Program-made: the position numbers and the translations under genes
Notes under the pieces: model-generated
Seen by the model: the letters and a program-made list of their open reading frames with translations, nothing else
Told to the model about the DNA's origin: nothing
The model's database searches: none
Assembly (NCBI GenBank): GCA_036630325.1
Contig: CP142732.1
Span: forward strand, 1,178,001 to 1,234,891
Source: Vairimorpha necatrix
Taxonomy: Eukaryota
DNA: 56,891 bases
Direction: 5' to 3'
Shown: positions 40,701 through 54,400 of the stretch, in pieces
How positions within the stretch are numbered: position 1 is the stretch's first letter
How the letters are laid out: each line of letters opens with the position of its first letter

Positions 40701-42314
40701 CATAAAACTATCTATGTAGAAATTTTTAAGTTAATGAATTTGAATATATATTTTGCATAGCAATATATATATAGAGTGGATAAAAAAATATTATGTTCAA
40801 AACAAAATAACAAACTCTTTTTCTAACAGAAACATAATCAAGAGTGTAATATAAGGAAAGTTTACATATAGAGTATTAAAAAAAAAAAATGTTCTATATA
40901 AATTAGAGATATATTATATAAAAAATAATAAGTAATTCTGTATAAAGTAGCTTTTAATATTAAATTTTAAAATTATATTTTTTGTAGTAGACAATGAATA
41001 TGTAGAACATTTTGTGAATATTTATGAGATATAAAATGATATCCAGTCCTTTATCTTGAAGATTAACGAAACTAATAAAAAAAACATGGTAACCAAGCCT
41101 TTAAAACAATGACTTTCTAATTTCAGGTTTTTTGAAAAAACTTTTTTGTTCCCCGCACGACGAAGTTTATTTTTGAAATCATTAAAAAATTTTATGTAAC
41201 AATGAGCTTCAAAAAATACAAAAATAGAACTTTACTATTATTGAACAACTTCACTTACAACTAGAAATAAAATTGATGTTTACATCAACCGTTTTTCAAA
41301 AAAAAAGGCTAGTTTTTTAAAAAAACATTACTGATGCAGTGTTTAATGAAATTTCTTAATGGTGAATTTACGACTAGAAGGATTTATCTAGGAGCATCTT
41401 CCTTTCTTTTATACAATTTTATATCTTCATTTGACAAAATTCGAATAACTTGTGGTCAAAGAAGTTAAAAAAAAAAGGATCGAATTTTAGTAATGTTAGA
41501 AGCCACGTAAAAGATTTATGTAATGATAAGTGACATTCGTGGAAGTTAATTATGTACATTGTTTAGCAATTTAGAAATTATTTAAATCTTAGCTTCTTAT
41601 CAGCAGTGAATCTTGACGATGTAATATAAATATAGATAAAAACATATGTTCTGAAACGAATAAATATTACAATATGTACTTTCTGTAAAGAGTATGAGAA
41701 TTTAAATTAGTGTTTATCATTAAACTACTACACTAAACGTATGAGGTTAAATTTATTGTTAACAAAATTCTATGTAATGGTTCTCTCTTTTCTTACATGA
41801 AAAAAAAAAAATTAAGAAGAGAGTAATATTATGAGAAAAGAAGAGAATGTCTAGAAATAATATCTAATGAAGGATCATTAACATTAACGAAAAATTTATA
41901 AAAATTGAAAAGCGAATTCATTAGATAAGAAATTTAGCATATAATAAAATTTGAAAGTTTGTGCATACGGTAATTGATTGCAATTACATATCTGTCATAT
42001 AAAGTATATATTGACACTGATTCAGACAAAGTTTAATATCAGCTTTAAAAGTCTTTATTAGTAAACATTCAACTTTAGATAATATAATAGTAATAAATAA
42101 ATAGTGTATTATCATATAAACTGTTTACAGTTATAATTAAGATGAATCAGTAGAACAAAATATTTTAAATGTAAAGTCATAAATAATTAGAACATTATAT
42201 TAACCATATTAAAGACTTATATTCTATTATAATGAATAATTAAATGAGTTTAATAAAATAATATATTATAAAAACGTATATATGATATAAATTTCTATAA
42301 AGTATGAGAATGAT

Positions 42315-42320
<6 letters not shown>

Positions 42321-42376
<56 letters not shown>
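42321..42376. repeat. (AT)n microsatellite
   Basis: Uninterrupted AT dinucleotide run. A shorter run lies near 31337-31367. Confidence 0.95.
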
Positions 42377-42379
<3 letters not shown>

Positions 42380-42836
42380 TAAAAATCTAGAGTTTTGTAT
42401 AAAAAAAAATATATTTAGAAAAAACATGTTGGCCATGTAAAAGAAGGTGTGTAGTAATTTGGTTGTCGGTAATGAAGTTTGCTTTTTTTAATAATAAAGA
42501 TAATTAAAACAACGGATTATATTACAATAAATACTAAATGAAGGATAAATCATCAGATCAAGCCTTGTAGAACCTAATATTTTTTATCGATGTAAGGTTC
42601 ATATTAATCTTGTCTATTATATTTAATAAAACTAATCTTTTTGTAATATTTAATTTATATATTTTGGGATCTGAAATTGTCTTCATTTAAGGAAAATATT
42701 TGAAAAAAAATATTTTAAATATATTATGATTAAACAAAAATGATATATAAAAAAGTAAATAAGATAGTTTATAGAGTATAATAAAGAAGATATATATACA
42801 TTTGAATAAAAATATAATATAATATTAATATTGTTG

Positions 42837-43152
42837 TGTTATATAAAATAAAAAATAGGTTTAATATCAAATACTCTAAGAAAGTAGATTCGTACATCAA
42901 GATGATTAACAGAGAAGACAAACTAAAGCATTCCAATAGACTACAAAAGAGGTGTGAAGGTTCCGATTTAAAAAGGACTAAGAGCCGAGAAGCTGCCCAC
43001 AAACAGGAGACGCTAATGCGGAAACTATTCAGAATATACAAGAAATATACAACACCATTAGCATATCCCGTTATAATTCATTTTTTATAATAGAAAAATA
43101 TTAGTATTTATGTTGTAATTGTTATTAAAGATTGTTTATATATATTATAACA
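42837..43152 (+). repeat. Dispersed repeat copy 3 (probable LTR)
   Basis: TGTTATA...TATAACA inverted ends. The core is homologous to the copies at 21420 and 33191. Confidence 0.6.
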
Positions 43153-43215
43153 ATGGAATTTATTATGTTATTTTATGAAAAAAACTATATTTTTTTCTTA
43201 TATTAAATATGAATT

Positions 43216-45192
43216 TGTGGTATTATTTACCACATTATTATATTTTCCTCCAAATGAATTTTCTAGAATTTATTTTTCTATAAATATTTTTTTTTTTATT
43301 TTTACCCTCACCAAAATATGTCAAGAAGAACAGAGGAGTCTAGAAATCAGCAGTATCAATCAATGCATCCCCAGAAGATGGAAGATAAAGCCCAAGGAGG
43401 CAGATTTAATTATACAACTTTAATTATAATAAAACTTTAATACCCGGGAGAAGCATTATAGAATGCTATCTGAGGAGCAGCCAACTCCCGGGTAATACCT
43501 CAATGAGCTCATTAGTATTAGAAAAAAGTAATAATACTGAGAAACAAAATAATGATGAAGCATATACTACATTTGATAAAACCATAGAAGGAATTACAAT
43601 AGTGTTTAAAGAAAAAATTGAAAAATGTAAAACGAGACTGCACCATAAAGCATCTCGAGCTGTTTAAAGAGCAGGAACGGCCAATAAATGGACTGATGAG
43701 CAGATGGGACTCATCTACCATTCTTTGATTGAAGATTCTAAGGTGAAAGATAAGCTAAATAAGAAAAGCTTCAAAAAACAAAAAAAAGAACTACTAGAAT
43801 TTAGATATCCAAAAAATGATGTAGCTTTATTATTAACAGAGATGGAAACTGTAAAACAGGTAAATTTTAGAAGTATAGCAGATTACTATGAGAAAATAGA
43901 GTCGATGATTGAAATATACGGACTATCAACGAACCTATCGAAAAAGGAATTTGATGTTAGAATGAAACAGATTTTTGAGAGAGGATTAGGCAGATCAACT
44001 GCCATTGAAGTTTTAAAATCAGGAATGAAAAACAAGGGAATAAACAAGCTATTAAAATATATACAAGATCTGGAAGAAATGATTATTTATCAGGCGAAAC
44101 TGGAAGGGACACGATATCGCAATTTATATCTAAGAAAGAGCTTTATGAAAGACCTGAAGAAACAGGAAGATACTTTATAAGTGATAAGTGGTGCTCTATA
44201 CATCAAGCAAGATCACATGATACACGAGATTGTCGTCTACGAAAACCAAAAGCCAACGATAGAGAAATAAAAAAAAGAAGAAAAATCGTTAATAATAAAA
44301 AAAATTCCTAACGATGAATTGGATATAAAACATAAAAAACCCGACTGCCTATTAATTTAGAAACAAAAAGAAAATAAAATCATCAATAAACAGAAATGTA
44401 TAAATGAAAGAATAAATAATATGACTTTGTATTAAAAGGAATTTGAATAAAAATAGACAATCTTCCAGCTAAAGTCTTAACTAATATAGTTGACTTGTGA
44501 AAAGGACATGGAATACGATACCATCAGATGATATATATTCAAGAATTATTAAAATAAATAACAAAGAAAGAAGCAAGCCTCCTGATAAAATTAAAGATAA
44601 GCATCAACAGGTAAAAAATTTGGCAACATCTAAATATGATAGTTATTAGAATAAACTAAATTAAATCTTGGAACTTTCAGAAAACATTGCCTCAAAAATA
44701 AAATGCAGCAGATGCCATTTAGCATATGTAGATATGGAGTAAACTGTGAATATGAGAAGCTCAAATATGATAAGTTGAACTCATACCTTGATTTGAGGTT
44801 TAAAATATCCAACCCAGCTATTACTAGGAAAAGGCGGAAAGAACTATTTGATGATTTCGGAGGAATCCGTATTCTAATTTGCTGACCCTTTAGAGGAGGT
44901 AGTATGTGGTATTATTTACCACATTATTATATTTTCCTCCAAATGAATTTTCTAGAATTTATTTTTCTATAAATATTTTTTTTTTTATTTTTACCCCCAC
45001 CAAAATATGTCAAGAAGAACAGAGGAGTCTAGAAATCATCAGTATCAATCACTGCATCCCCAGAAGAGGGGAAGATAAAGCCCAAGGAGGCTAATTTAAT
45101 AATACAACTTTAATAATAATAAAACTTTAATACCCGGGAGAAGCATTATCGAATGATATCTGAGGAGCAGCCAACTCCCGGGTAATACCTCA
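43216..45192 (+). mobile_element. Non-autonomous gag-only LTR retrotransposon
   Basis: Near-identical LTRs at 43216-43502 and 44905-45192 (TGTGGTATTA...TAATACCTCA). 5-bp TSD GAATT. Purine tract agaggaggtagta before the 3' LTR. Gag-like ORF 43704-44180 followed by WCSIHQARSHDTRDC. No RT or integrase motifs seen. Confidence 0.9.
43318..44300 (+). pseudogene. Disrupted gag-like gene
   Basis: CCC motif and ATG at 43318 inside the LTR. ANKWTDEQMGLIY...SIADYYEKIE capsid-like region. CxxHxxxxHxxxxC knuckle near 44190-44235. Confidence 0.7.
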
Positions 45193-48100
45193 GAATTAAA
45201 CATAAAAACAAGAAATAAATATATGACAAATTAATAATTTTTTTTTATGGTGTATATACAAATCTTATGATCTAACATGTAGCCTGATCCGAAGTAGAAG
45301 TGGTGAGTCTAAACTAACATATTGATTTATATTATTTGTTTGTTTTGCTGTTCATCGGAATTGTAGGTCAGGGGTAAATTCCGTTTAAATAGTAGGTTAG
45401 ATTAACTGGTAAACTCTTTGAGATGTAAACAAACAAATATGAAACCGAAGTTCTACTGAATCAGTAGTACTTCATGTGACATGCACTTGTCTTACTTTTA
45501 GTTTGTGAATGTCAAACATGTCTAATGTTTATTTACAATTCTCTGAGATGTTTGACAGTACAAACAAAAATTGTTTAATTATAATCAAGATTTGTTCAGT
45601 GCAGGTCTGCAGCCTCACACATCAGAATAAATATTAATATTGTTATTTCGAAAATTATTTCTTGCACAATTAAGTACATTTTTTATAGAGGTTGCCAACG
45701 TATGTATCTTTTAATTAATATATTAAGAAATTTAGATTTATTTGTCTTTTCGTATGAGTACGTAAGTTATAATTTGCTGTATATAAAATAATTATGAAAC
45801 GCCTTATGTGCAGAATCGACATAAAAATAAAAAATTGTAAGCATAGTTAAACATATTAATTCGGCTTTGAACACAATACGTTAATTAAACGATATATTTA
45901 TTTCTTTTTGCAAGATAAAAACATATATAATAAAAAAGTAAATTAGATTCTTTCAAAAAGAAATTAAAACATAATCATATAGTGATTTAATTACAATAAA
46001 TGTTCGACACTATATATTAATCATTTAAGACATATAATTTAGTCTAACAATATATTTGTTGAAAGAATAAGGACATATTTATATACAAGAAATAAGATTA
46101 TAAATCTATCTAAAATTATCTAGGTATATGCATTAAAGCATTTAAATTAATGTGAAAAAACCAAAACTTGATAAACTAAATACAAAGGTATCATTGAAGT
46201 GTGTATTAACGATTGCATCATAAGGACAGTTGTCGAAGTTTACTCTGTCAAATATTCACCAACAATACAACAAAAAATGAAAAATTTACAATATGTGTTT
46301 ATCCATGCAAAATAATTAACCTTTAACTTACGTGGCTAAAAATCATTACAATAAAAATAAAATATAAAAAAGAAGTTTGTATATGAAGGGCAAGGAATAT
46401 CTATGAAGCAAGTACACAATCATAAAGTTACTAATGGCAAAATATTTTTAGCCTTCTAACTTAAAGGATGCAAAGTTTCATCTATGAAGAATAGAGAAAT
46501 AAAGGACAAATAAGAAGGAGCATATTGGTTATAATAAAAAATATTTTTCAAAATTTATAACGAACTTTACAATCTATCTAAAATTACAACATAGGCAATA
46601 ACAAGATAATTTAAATTTGATCTTTCCCTTTTTCATTTGGTATAAGTACGAACAAAAGAATGGAATTACTTACGATCAAAAATAGCACTGTTTTAGAAGG
46701 AATACAAATAATATAAATTTATTATAACTAGATAGTAAAGGGATTATAAAAATAGACATATGATTCATACATATTGCTTTGCAAGATAATTACATAAGAA
46801 TTTAAAATAAAGATATACTATCAAGATATTAGATGAATTACAATTTTCTTTTATATTAAAATCTACGCCAATATAAACAAAAATAAATCCCAATATTGCA
46901 TATAGTATAATTTAAATATAATTAACACATGCAATGAAGTTTTTTAATTATCTAAAAAAAATCAGACGATTTTATAAATGAAAATTATACTAATAAAAAT
47001 CAACTATATTATATTTATATATGACCAATATGTACTCGTTATTAAGTATAATAATTACTAATGGTAAAAAACGAAAACAAATATTATATAAAAATTTTAA
47101 CCGAATTTCGATTAACCTCGTATATTACATTTTTTTGGTTTATAGAATTCTAAAGAAGTTTCAGTTATAAAACAAAGTAGACTTTTGAAATCGAAGTTGG
47201 TAAAAAACAAATGTCACAAATATTAATTTGTTGTTTACAATCATATTGACCACACAAAAATAGAAATTAATACCAAAAAAATCTAAAAAGTAAAATCATT
47301 AATACTTTTATCATGTTTATAAAAATATATTATTTTATTATTAATTTTAATGAAATAATAAAACAATTCAAATATCTTTCGTTTAAATATTTGATAATCG
47401 CTCTTTTGTTGTATATAATACTTTCTAAATCCGTTAAGTATAATATTTTTATATAATATTTAGATTAAAATTAAAGTATGAAGATAGAAATATTATAAAA
47501 AAGGTTCATTTACGAAAGAAAAAAAAAATCCAAATTTAATTAACAATTATATATTGATGGGAAAATCATTTATTTAATGTATAATTAGAAGAATTGAAGA
47601 AAATTATATTAAATAAGACTTATTCATTGTAAATCGTTTAGTAAAGGTAAAAGGAATTTTACTCAGAAACAACATTTATGTTATTGATTTTAAAAAATCC
47701 TAGGGAAAACCCCTACATGAATACACTTTCCATATTATAATATTATAAGAAATAATAAGTAAATTTTCAATTATGAATAATTAAATAAAAAAATAGCACA
47801 TACAATTTAATACAAGGTTGTTGTGAATAAAACGTTTTCGTGATTTTGAAAAAGGCGTCGCATATTCCAAAAAATTAAAACCAAAAAATGGGGGGGGGGG
47901 AATATAAATCCAATACAGTAAATAACAATAATAGAATTAAATATGAAATGCTATATTTTTTAAAATCTTGTATAGATAGTTACAAGCAAACGGAATATAT
48001 ATTTCAAAATTAATATATTTAAGCAGAAAATAATTTAAATTAATATAAAGAGTAATAACATAATAAAATGATTAACACTAGCTTAATTAAAAAAAAACCC

Positions 48101-48599
48101 ACTATAAACATGTTAGTACAAGAAAATTATTCTCAATTATAATACCATATAATATTTCATCTGGACGTTTTCAAGATTATTTACAAAAAAATAAAAGAAA
48201 AGTCTAAAAGTTAGAATTGGATATATTAAATATTATAATATTGTAATACTTCGAAACAAATAAGAATCTTAGAAAAAACACCTAAATAATAACTATATAT
48301 CGTTTGTCTCAAAAATTTAAAAGTATTCTTAAGAAATTAAATTTTTAGAATATATAATAATTCATTTACATATATTTAAATAAAAAAAATAAAAATTTTT
48401 ATTATTTAGCAAAAAAACGAAATATTATTAGTTAAAAGACTAAACCTAAAAATTCCTCTTATATAGTAAAAAATTTCATTCTTTGTCTTATAATTATCAG
48501 ATATTTAAAATTTTTAGATCAAAAATTTAAATATAACAGTTATAGTCAATATTTTTATGAAGAAATTTAAATTTAATTTTGATATTATATATTCTCTAT

Positions 48600-49050
48600 A
48601 GTTCAACAAAATGCGTTAGATTAAATTTAAGATTGAAAAGGTCAAGAAAAGTTATACTTCAATATAAATATTTGAAACACAAAGATTGATCTACAAGTAA
48701 AATAAACATAATGCCAATAAAAATCTTTGAAAAAACTAATATATTTCGAAATGCAATTTCAATAAAGATAATTGAGGTTAATATTACAAAAATAATTTTT
48801 AAAAGAAAATATAATTAAAGTAGTAGGATAACTTTTTTTAAAAAAACATATTGGACTAAAACTCGTTTTGAAAAGAAATATTTTCTTTTAGAATAGTTTA
48901 TAAAAAAATTCAAACTAAACGTTCAAATAATTTTAGATAAGTAGAAAGAAGAAATTTTTCATACAATTAAATTTTCACGACTAATTAAGCTAGAAGTCTC
49001 AACCACTAAAACGAAAATAATATTTTTTTGATCATTAAATTGAATTTTAT
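48600..49050 (+). pseudogene. Possible heavily decayed paralogue of the 735-aa gene
   Basis: Fragments KIIEVN, ENIIKVV and YWTK occur in the same order as KIIEVG, ENAIKAV and LWSK in the 735-aa protein. By-eye match only. Confidence 0.3.
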
Positions 49051-51478
49051 ATTTTCAAAGTTCTCTGTTAATAATACACATACGACTGATTAAAATAAGT
49101 AATAGAATTAGAACATACAACGACTTAATCTTTTTTTAAAAATAATATATCAATCGAACATTTAAAATGCAATATATTACACCTACATTATTAAACATGT
49201 AAATATATACAACCTACCGAAAACATATTATTCAATAATGAAAAATTTATAAAAATATTATAAATTTTTATATATTTGTTTTCAAAAGATTCTATATCAT
49301 ATAGGGTTTTAGAAAATTGTAGATTAAAGTTATCAAAAAACTATCAATATTTTAAAAAGTTTTAAAAATGATTTAAATTATTCTTATAGTAAAAAATTAA
49401 ATACTATTTATCGCAAGGAAACATTGGAAAGTTCTTCATATCTAAAAACTCATTTTTTATGCTTAACTTAAGTTTTTAAAATTATTATAAAAATCTAGCA
49501 TGTATAAACCAAATAATATCAAGAAAATTCATAAATGAAAATTTAAGTCTCAAAGAAACAAAAAGACATACGACGAACGAAAAAATAAACATCTATAGAG
49601 GAACACAACAAACGACATTTCATTCTGTTATCATTTATTACAACAGTATTTTGAAATTTTTGGTTATAATCTGTAAAAATATTGTAAAATAAAATACAAA
49701 AAATTATTTCAATGGAAATAATGATAAATAATTAAGAAATAAATCTAATAATGGTCAGAAAACATATTAAATACATTTCAAATGATAAGATAATTAATAT
49801 TCAAACAAATTGTAAATTTATGCACAAAACTAGGCTTGAAATAAATTTCGAATTTCTTCATTTGAATTTTTCTAGTAAATATCATATATTCCACGTATTT
49901 ATTATTAATACTATAATTATAGTAAAAATAAAATTAAAATAAATACAGAATTAGTAATTTTATTGAAAAAAATTTACACTAACCGAAGAATTTAAAAATA
50001 TAAATAAATAAGAACTATAAAAGTTAATAAAAAGTATAAACAAACCCCAATGCAACTAATTAATAGATATTAATATAAATATAAGGATAATATAATGTAA
50101 GAGCATATAAATTAAAAAACCAATTCTTATCTTAAATAATGACAGAAAATAGTTTAATTAAAATTTTTATATGCATAAACCCAATTACATATTAAACATA
50201 GATGCATTTAATGATTTATAATAATTAATAAATTATATTTACTTTAAATATTTATTGAGAAAAAAAAATATAATAAATTGAAAAATTAAATTGTAAATAT
50301 TATAACAAAAAAATCTTTTTGAATTTTTTGAATAAAAATTTTGAATTTTGTAGAATGAAATCAATTTAATGCTTTAATTCAAAACTAAATTTTTTTATAA
50401 TCCAAAAATTGGTTTTATCATAAAAAATACATTTTATGAAAACACATTAAGTAAAACAATTTCATAGAGAATGTTAAGTTATTTTATAACTATCCGCAAT
50501 TTTTTACGCAATAATTTTGACAATACAACATACTGAATCGCAAAAATTTATCAATATTAACTGGTTATCAAATATATCAAGTTAGTTCTCTTCATAATTG
50601 AAATTATATGAAGATCAAGCAAGAAGTAAATCTAACGGTTATAAAAGAAAATATAAAAGTATAAACAAAACATATCTAGGGTATTATGATCACATAATTA
50701 AATACATTCATTTTAGGATATATTTTTCAATTATCCAATATTTTCACACCTCTTATTTTTAAAATATAATATTTTCTACCGTAAAAAATTGAATCCCAAA
50801 GAGAACATAAAAAATAGACACAATATCATTTGTAATTATAAAAGACTTCCTGAACAGTTGGGCAAATACATAGATAAATAAGATTGTACATTAGAAGAAG
50901 CCGCATCCCTATGCAGCAGCCAAGTAGATATAAATATTCATAAAAAAATTCCAAAAACAATTTTTCCTTTTATTTTTTATTTCTATAAAAATAAATTGAA
51001 TCATATTACTATAGATAAATATAGATTACTTTCATTGATCTATTTTGATATCACATAATTTTATACTATATTATTTTAATGTAATTAGTTATTCGTATTG
51101 TATTTTCAAACAAACGCTTGAATCTTGTCCTTAATGTTTCCAAATTATTACGTCCTTTTACTTTCTTAAAATAATGATCCAATTTTTTTATTCAAAGTAA
51201 TTACCATAAGCTTTCCTATAGAGTATAAGCTCCTGTGTCTGTATATATGCGTTAGTACAGCATTCGAGATTTAAGTTATTTTATAATATCCCTAAAATAT
51301 TATTTTTTTTAGTATAATACGAATATTTCGAGTATAAAACATGTTAAAACACAAGAATGATTTTTTTTTACAAGAAATATATTACAAAATAAAGATATTA
51401 TTTCATACTTTAACAATATATTATTTTATAAATTTATTCGCAGAATTACACCAAAAGTACTTTGTGTTTTAATTATAA

Positions 51479-54400
51479 TGTTAAAGTTAAACCTCCTATT
51501 AAATTAATGTATAACATGGCAAACACAAAAGACGAAAGGGTAACAAGTGAGAGCCGTGTTCAAGAAAACAGAAAATTTCTGAAAGAAGCACTCATTAGAA
51601 TGCAGAAGATGTAAAATTGTGACAACGAAGCAGGCGAAACAAGTAAGTACTGAACTTCGAAATTTTATTGTTGATAAAAATTTAATAAGTATGATAAATT
51701 GGAATGATATTATTGATGAAATAGATACATTAGTTGTTGAAGAGAAAGAGAATAAGAACAAGGAAAAAATAAGGAGTAGAGAACTAGAAGATATGGTAGA
51801 GGTTATGAAAGAAAAATCAAAAAGAATATTAAAGGATAACTGACTAGGACTGTAGCAGTGCCAGGAAGAAACTTTCAATATCAAAGACGAGAAGAAAAAC
51901 ATTGTTTTATATGTGGAAGAATTATACATATAGCTAGAGGTTGTATGGAGCGTAAAGGAAGACAGGAAGAGAATAATAAATATAAAAGTGTTAAGTGAAT
52001 TGGCATTCGTGATAATAGTAAAATGAAAATATTAAAAGGAAATGATTTTAAATTGAGACTACCAGTGGAGGTAGAAAGAGAGAACTCAAGAAACAGTTTT
52101 TATGTAAAAAAAACGAAACAAGATAAAAGGGGTAAATATTAATAAATTAGAAGAATTGAGAGGAAAATTTCCAGAAGTATTAGGAAATGACGAAGAGTAA
52201 ATAAAATACTTAACAGGGGGAAAATATTCTATCAAAACAAGGAGTGAAAGTAGTTATAAAAAGACAAAATATTTCTTATAATTCGAGAAAAGTTAGAAAA
52301 GTATATTAATTTAAAAGAAAGTAGAGGTATTTTCAGAAGGACAAAGAGCGAATGAAGAAGCCCAATAAGTACTATAGAAAAACTAAATGGTGAAGTACAA
52401 TTGAGAAGCAATTTGATGGCTTCAAACGAACTGGTTTAAAAAGATCCGTAAGAATTGCCATTGATTAGAGACATTATTAATGCAACGCTAGGTTCTAAAG
52501 TATTTATGGTTATAGACCTAAAGGAAGGATTCTATCATATAGAAATTGAGAAAGTTCAAATGCATAAGACGGCTTTTGAGATAAATGTTAGAGTTTACGA
52601 ATGGAATAGCATGGTAATGAGATTTAAAAATGCCCTCATATTATGCAAAAAGTGATGAACGGAGTTTTAGATAAGTTTAGAAGCAAGAGTGTTGAGGTGT
52701 ACATGGATGATATTATTATTCATGCAAGAGATAGTAATATACACGAAAATTTATTAAAACAAGTAATTCGAAAATTTAACGAATTGTTATTAAAAGAAAC
52801 TTAAAAAAAATACAATATGAAGGAGAAGTAAAACTACTTGGAGTATCAATTAACGGAGAAGACATTACACCTAACAAAATTAAAAAGCAAGAGACATTAA
52901 AATTCAGAAGGCCCAACAACATAAAAGATCTTAGAAGATTTGGGGGACTGGCAGGCTGGTTAAGAGATTTTATTTCTCATTATGCTTATCGGTCAGCGCT
53001 TCTTACAGAAGAACTAAAATAAGATGTTAAATGGGGATGGTCCGAAGATATGGAAAAAGCTTTTATGGATATCAAAGAGTGGTTTATAGGATGTGAAAAA
53101 ATTAAAAACAGAGGATAGTTATAAAATATTTAGAGTAAGAACGGATGCATGCGATACGGGAATTTGAGCCATACTTCTGCAAGAAGACAAAGAAAATAGG
53201 TGGATTCCGATACAATGGGCATAAAAAATGATAACACTAACAGATAAAAAGTATACGATAGTGAAAAAGAATTGTTGGCAGCGATTTTTGGAATAATGAA
53301 ATTTAATCAGATTTGTGAGGACGAAATTAGATTAATGACAGAACATTAAGCACTGGCCGAGATTAGAAACAACCCGTTTTTTAATAATAACAGAATTAAT
53401 AGATGAATAGAATATTTACAGAGTTCGATTTTACTATTGAATATGTAAAAGGAGAATTGATCACGTATGTGGATGCTCTTAGTAGACTATTTGAAAATAA
53501 CGAAGTAATTGAAAAAGGCGAAAGATAGAAACAGACCTAAAAACAGATGAAAGTGAAAGAAATAATCCGCATGTTAAAAGAGAAGGTAAAAAATATTTGA
53601 AGTTCTCAACAGGAGAAATTAAAGAAATACTACACGAAGAACCATGATAGACAAAAATTCGTAGAGTTCATGAGGAATTAAAGGATCGAGAAGTTAAAGA
53701 TTCACATTATAAGATTTAACAAAAACGATACCGGTCAGGTATGAAGGACCAGATGACCACAACACAAAAAAATTGTGAAGTATGTAGCATTAATAACAGA
53801 AACAAGACCTGAGGTTGCAATTTTGTAATAACATTCAAGAAATTAGAAAAAGTAGTTTAGAAGTAATGGATATTGCAGAAAAAGAAAGATACGTGCTATA
53901 AGGGATTGACTACTTCGAGATAAAGAGTATGGGGCGTAAAGATAAAAAATAAGGGAAGTGATGTTATTACGAAAATTTTAGAAAAATGGATAAAGGAAGA
54001 TGGATTGCCAGATGAATATATTACGGATAACTGTAAGGAATTTGTCAGAGGGAAGTTTGTAACTTGGTGTAAATAAAACGGAATTATGCAATGGAAAGTA
54101 TGTTTAGATCCTCATAGGAGTAATGGAAGAATAGAGCGATGTATTTGAACAATAAGGGAATCGATGATCAAATAAAAAGAAGGAAACACGGAGGAAAAAC
54201 TAGAACAAGCTGTAAGAACCTATAATAACACTCTACACACAGCGATAAAATGTACACAAATGGAAGCATGGAAGGACCAAGGAGAAGAAGTTTTTATGAA
54301 AATTGATGAAAAGGGTGTGTATGCAGGAAATTTTAAACAAAGGTATAGAGAAAAATTTGAAGTAGATCACGCTGTGAGAATCCAAGATAAAAAACTTGGG

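Noticed and set aside
42440-42470. U2 snRNA-like GTGTAGTA
   Set aside because: The flanking U2 stem-loop sequences are absent. The U6-like ACAGAGAAGA near 42910 lies inside an LTR-like repeat.
42836-43423. ORFs 42836-43090 and 43175-43423 as genes
   Set aside because: Both lie largely within LTR or LTR-like sequence, and the second is duplicated in the 3' LTR.
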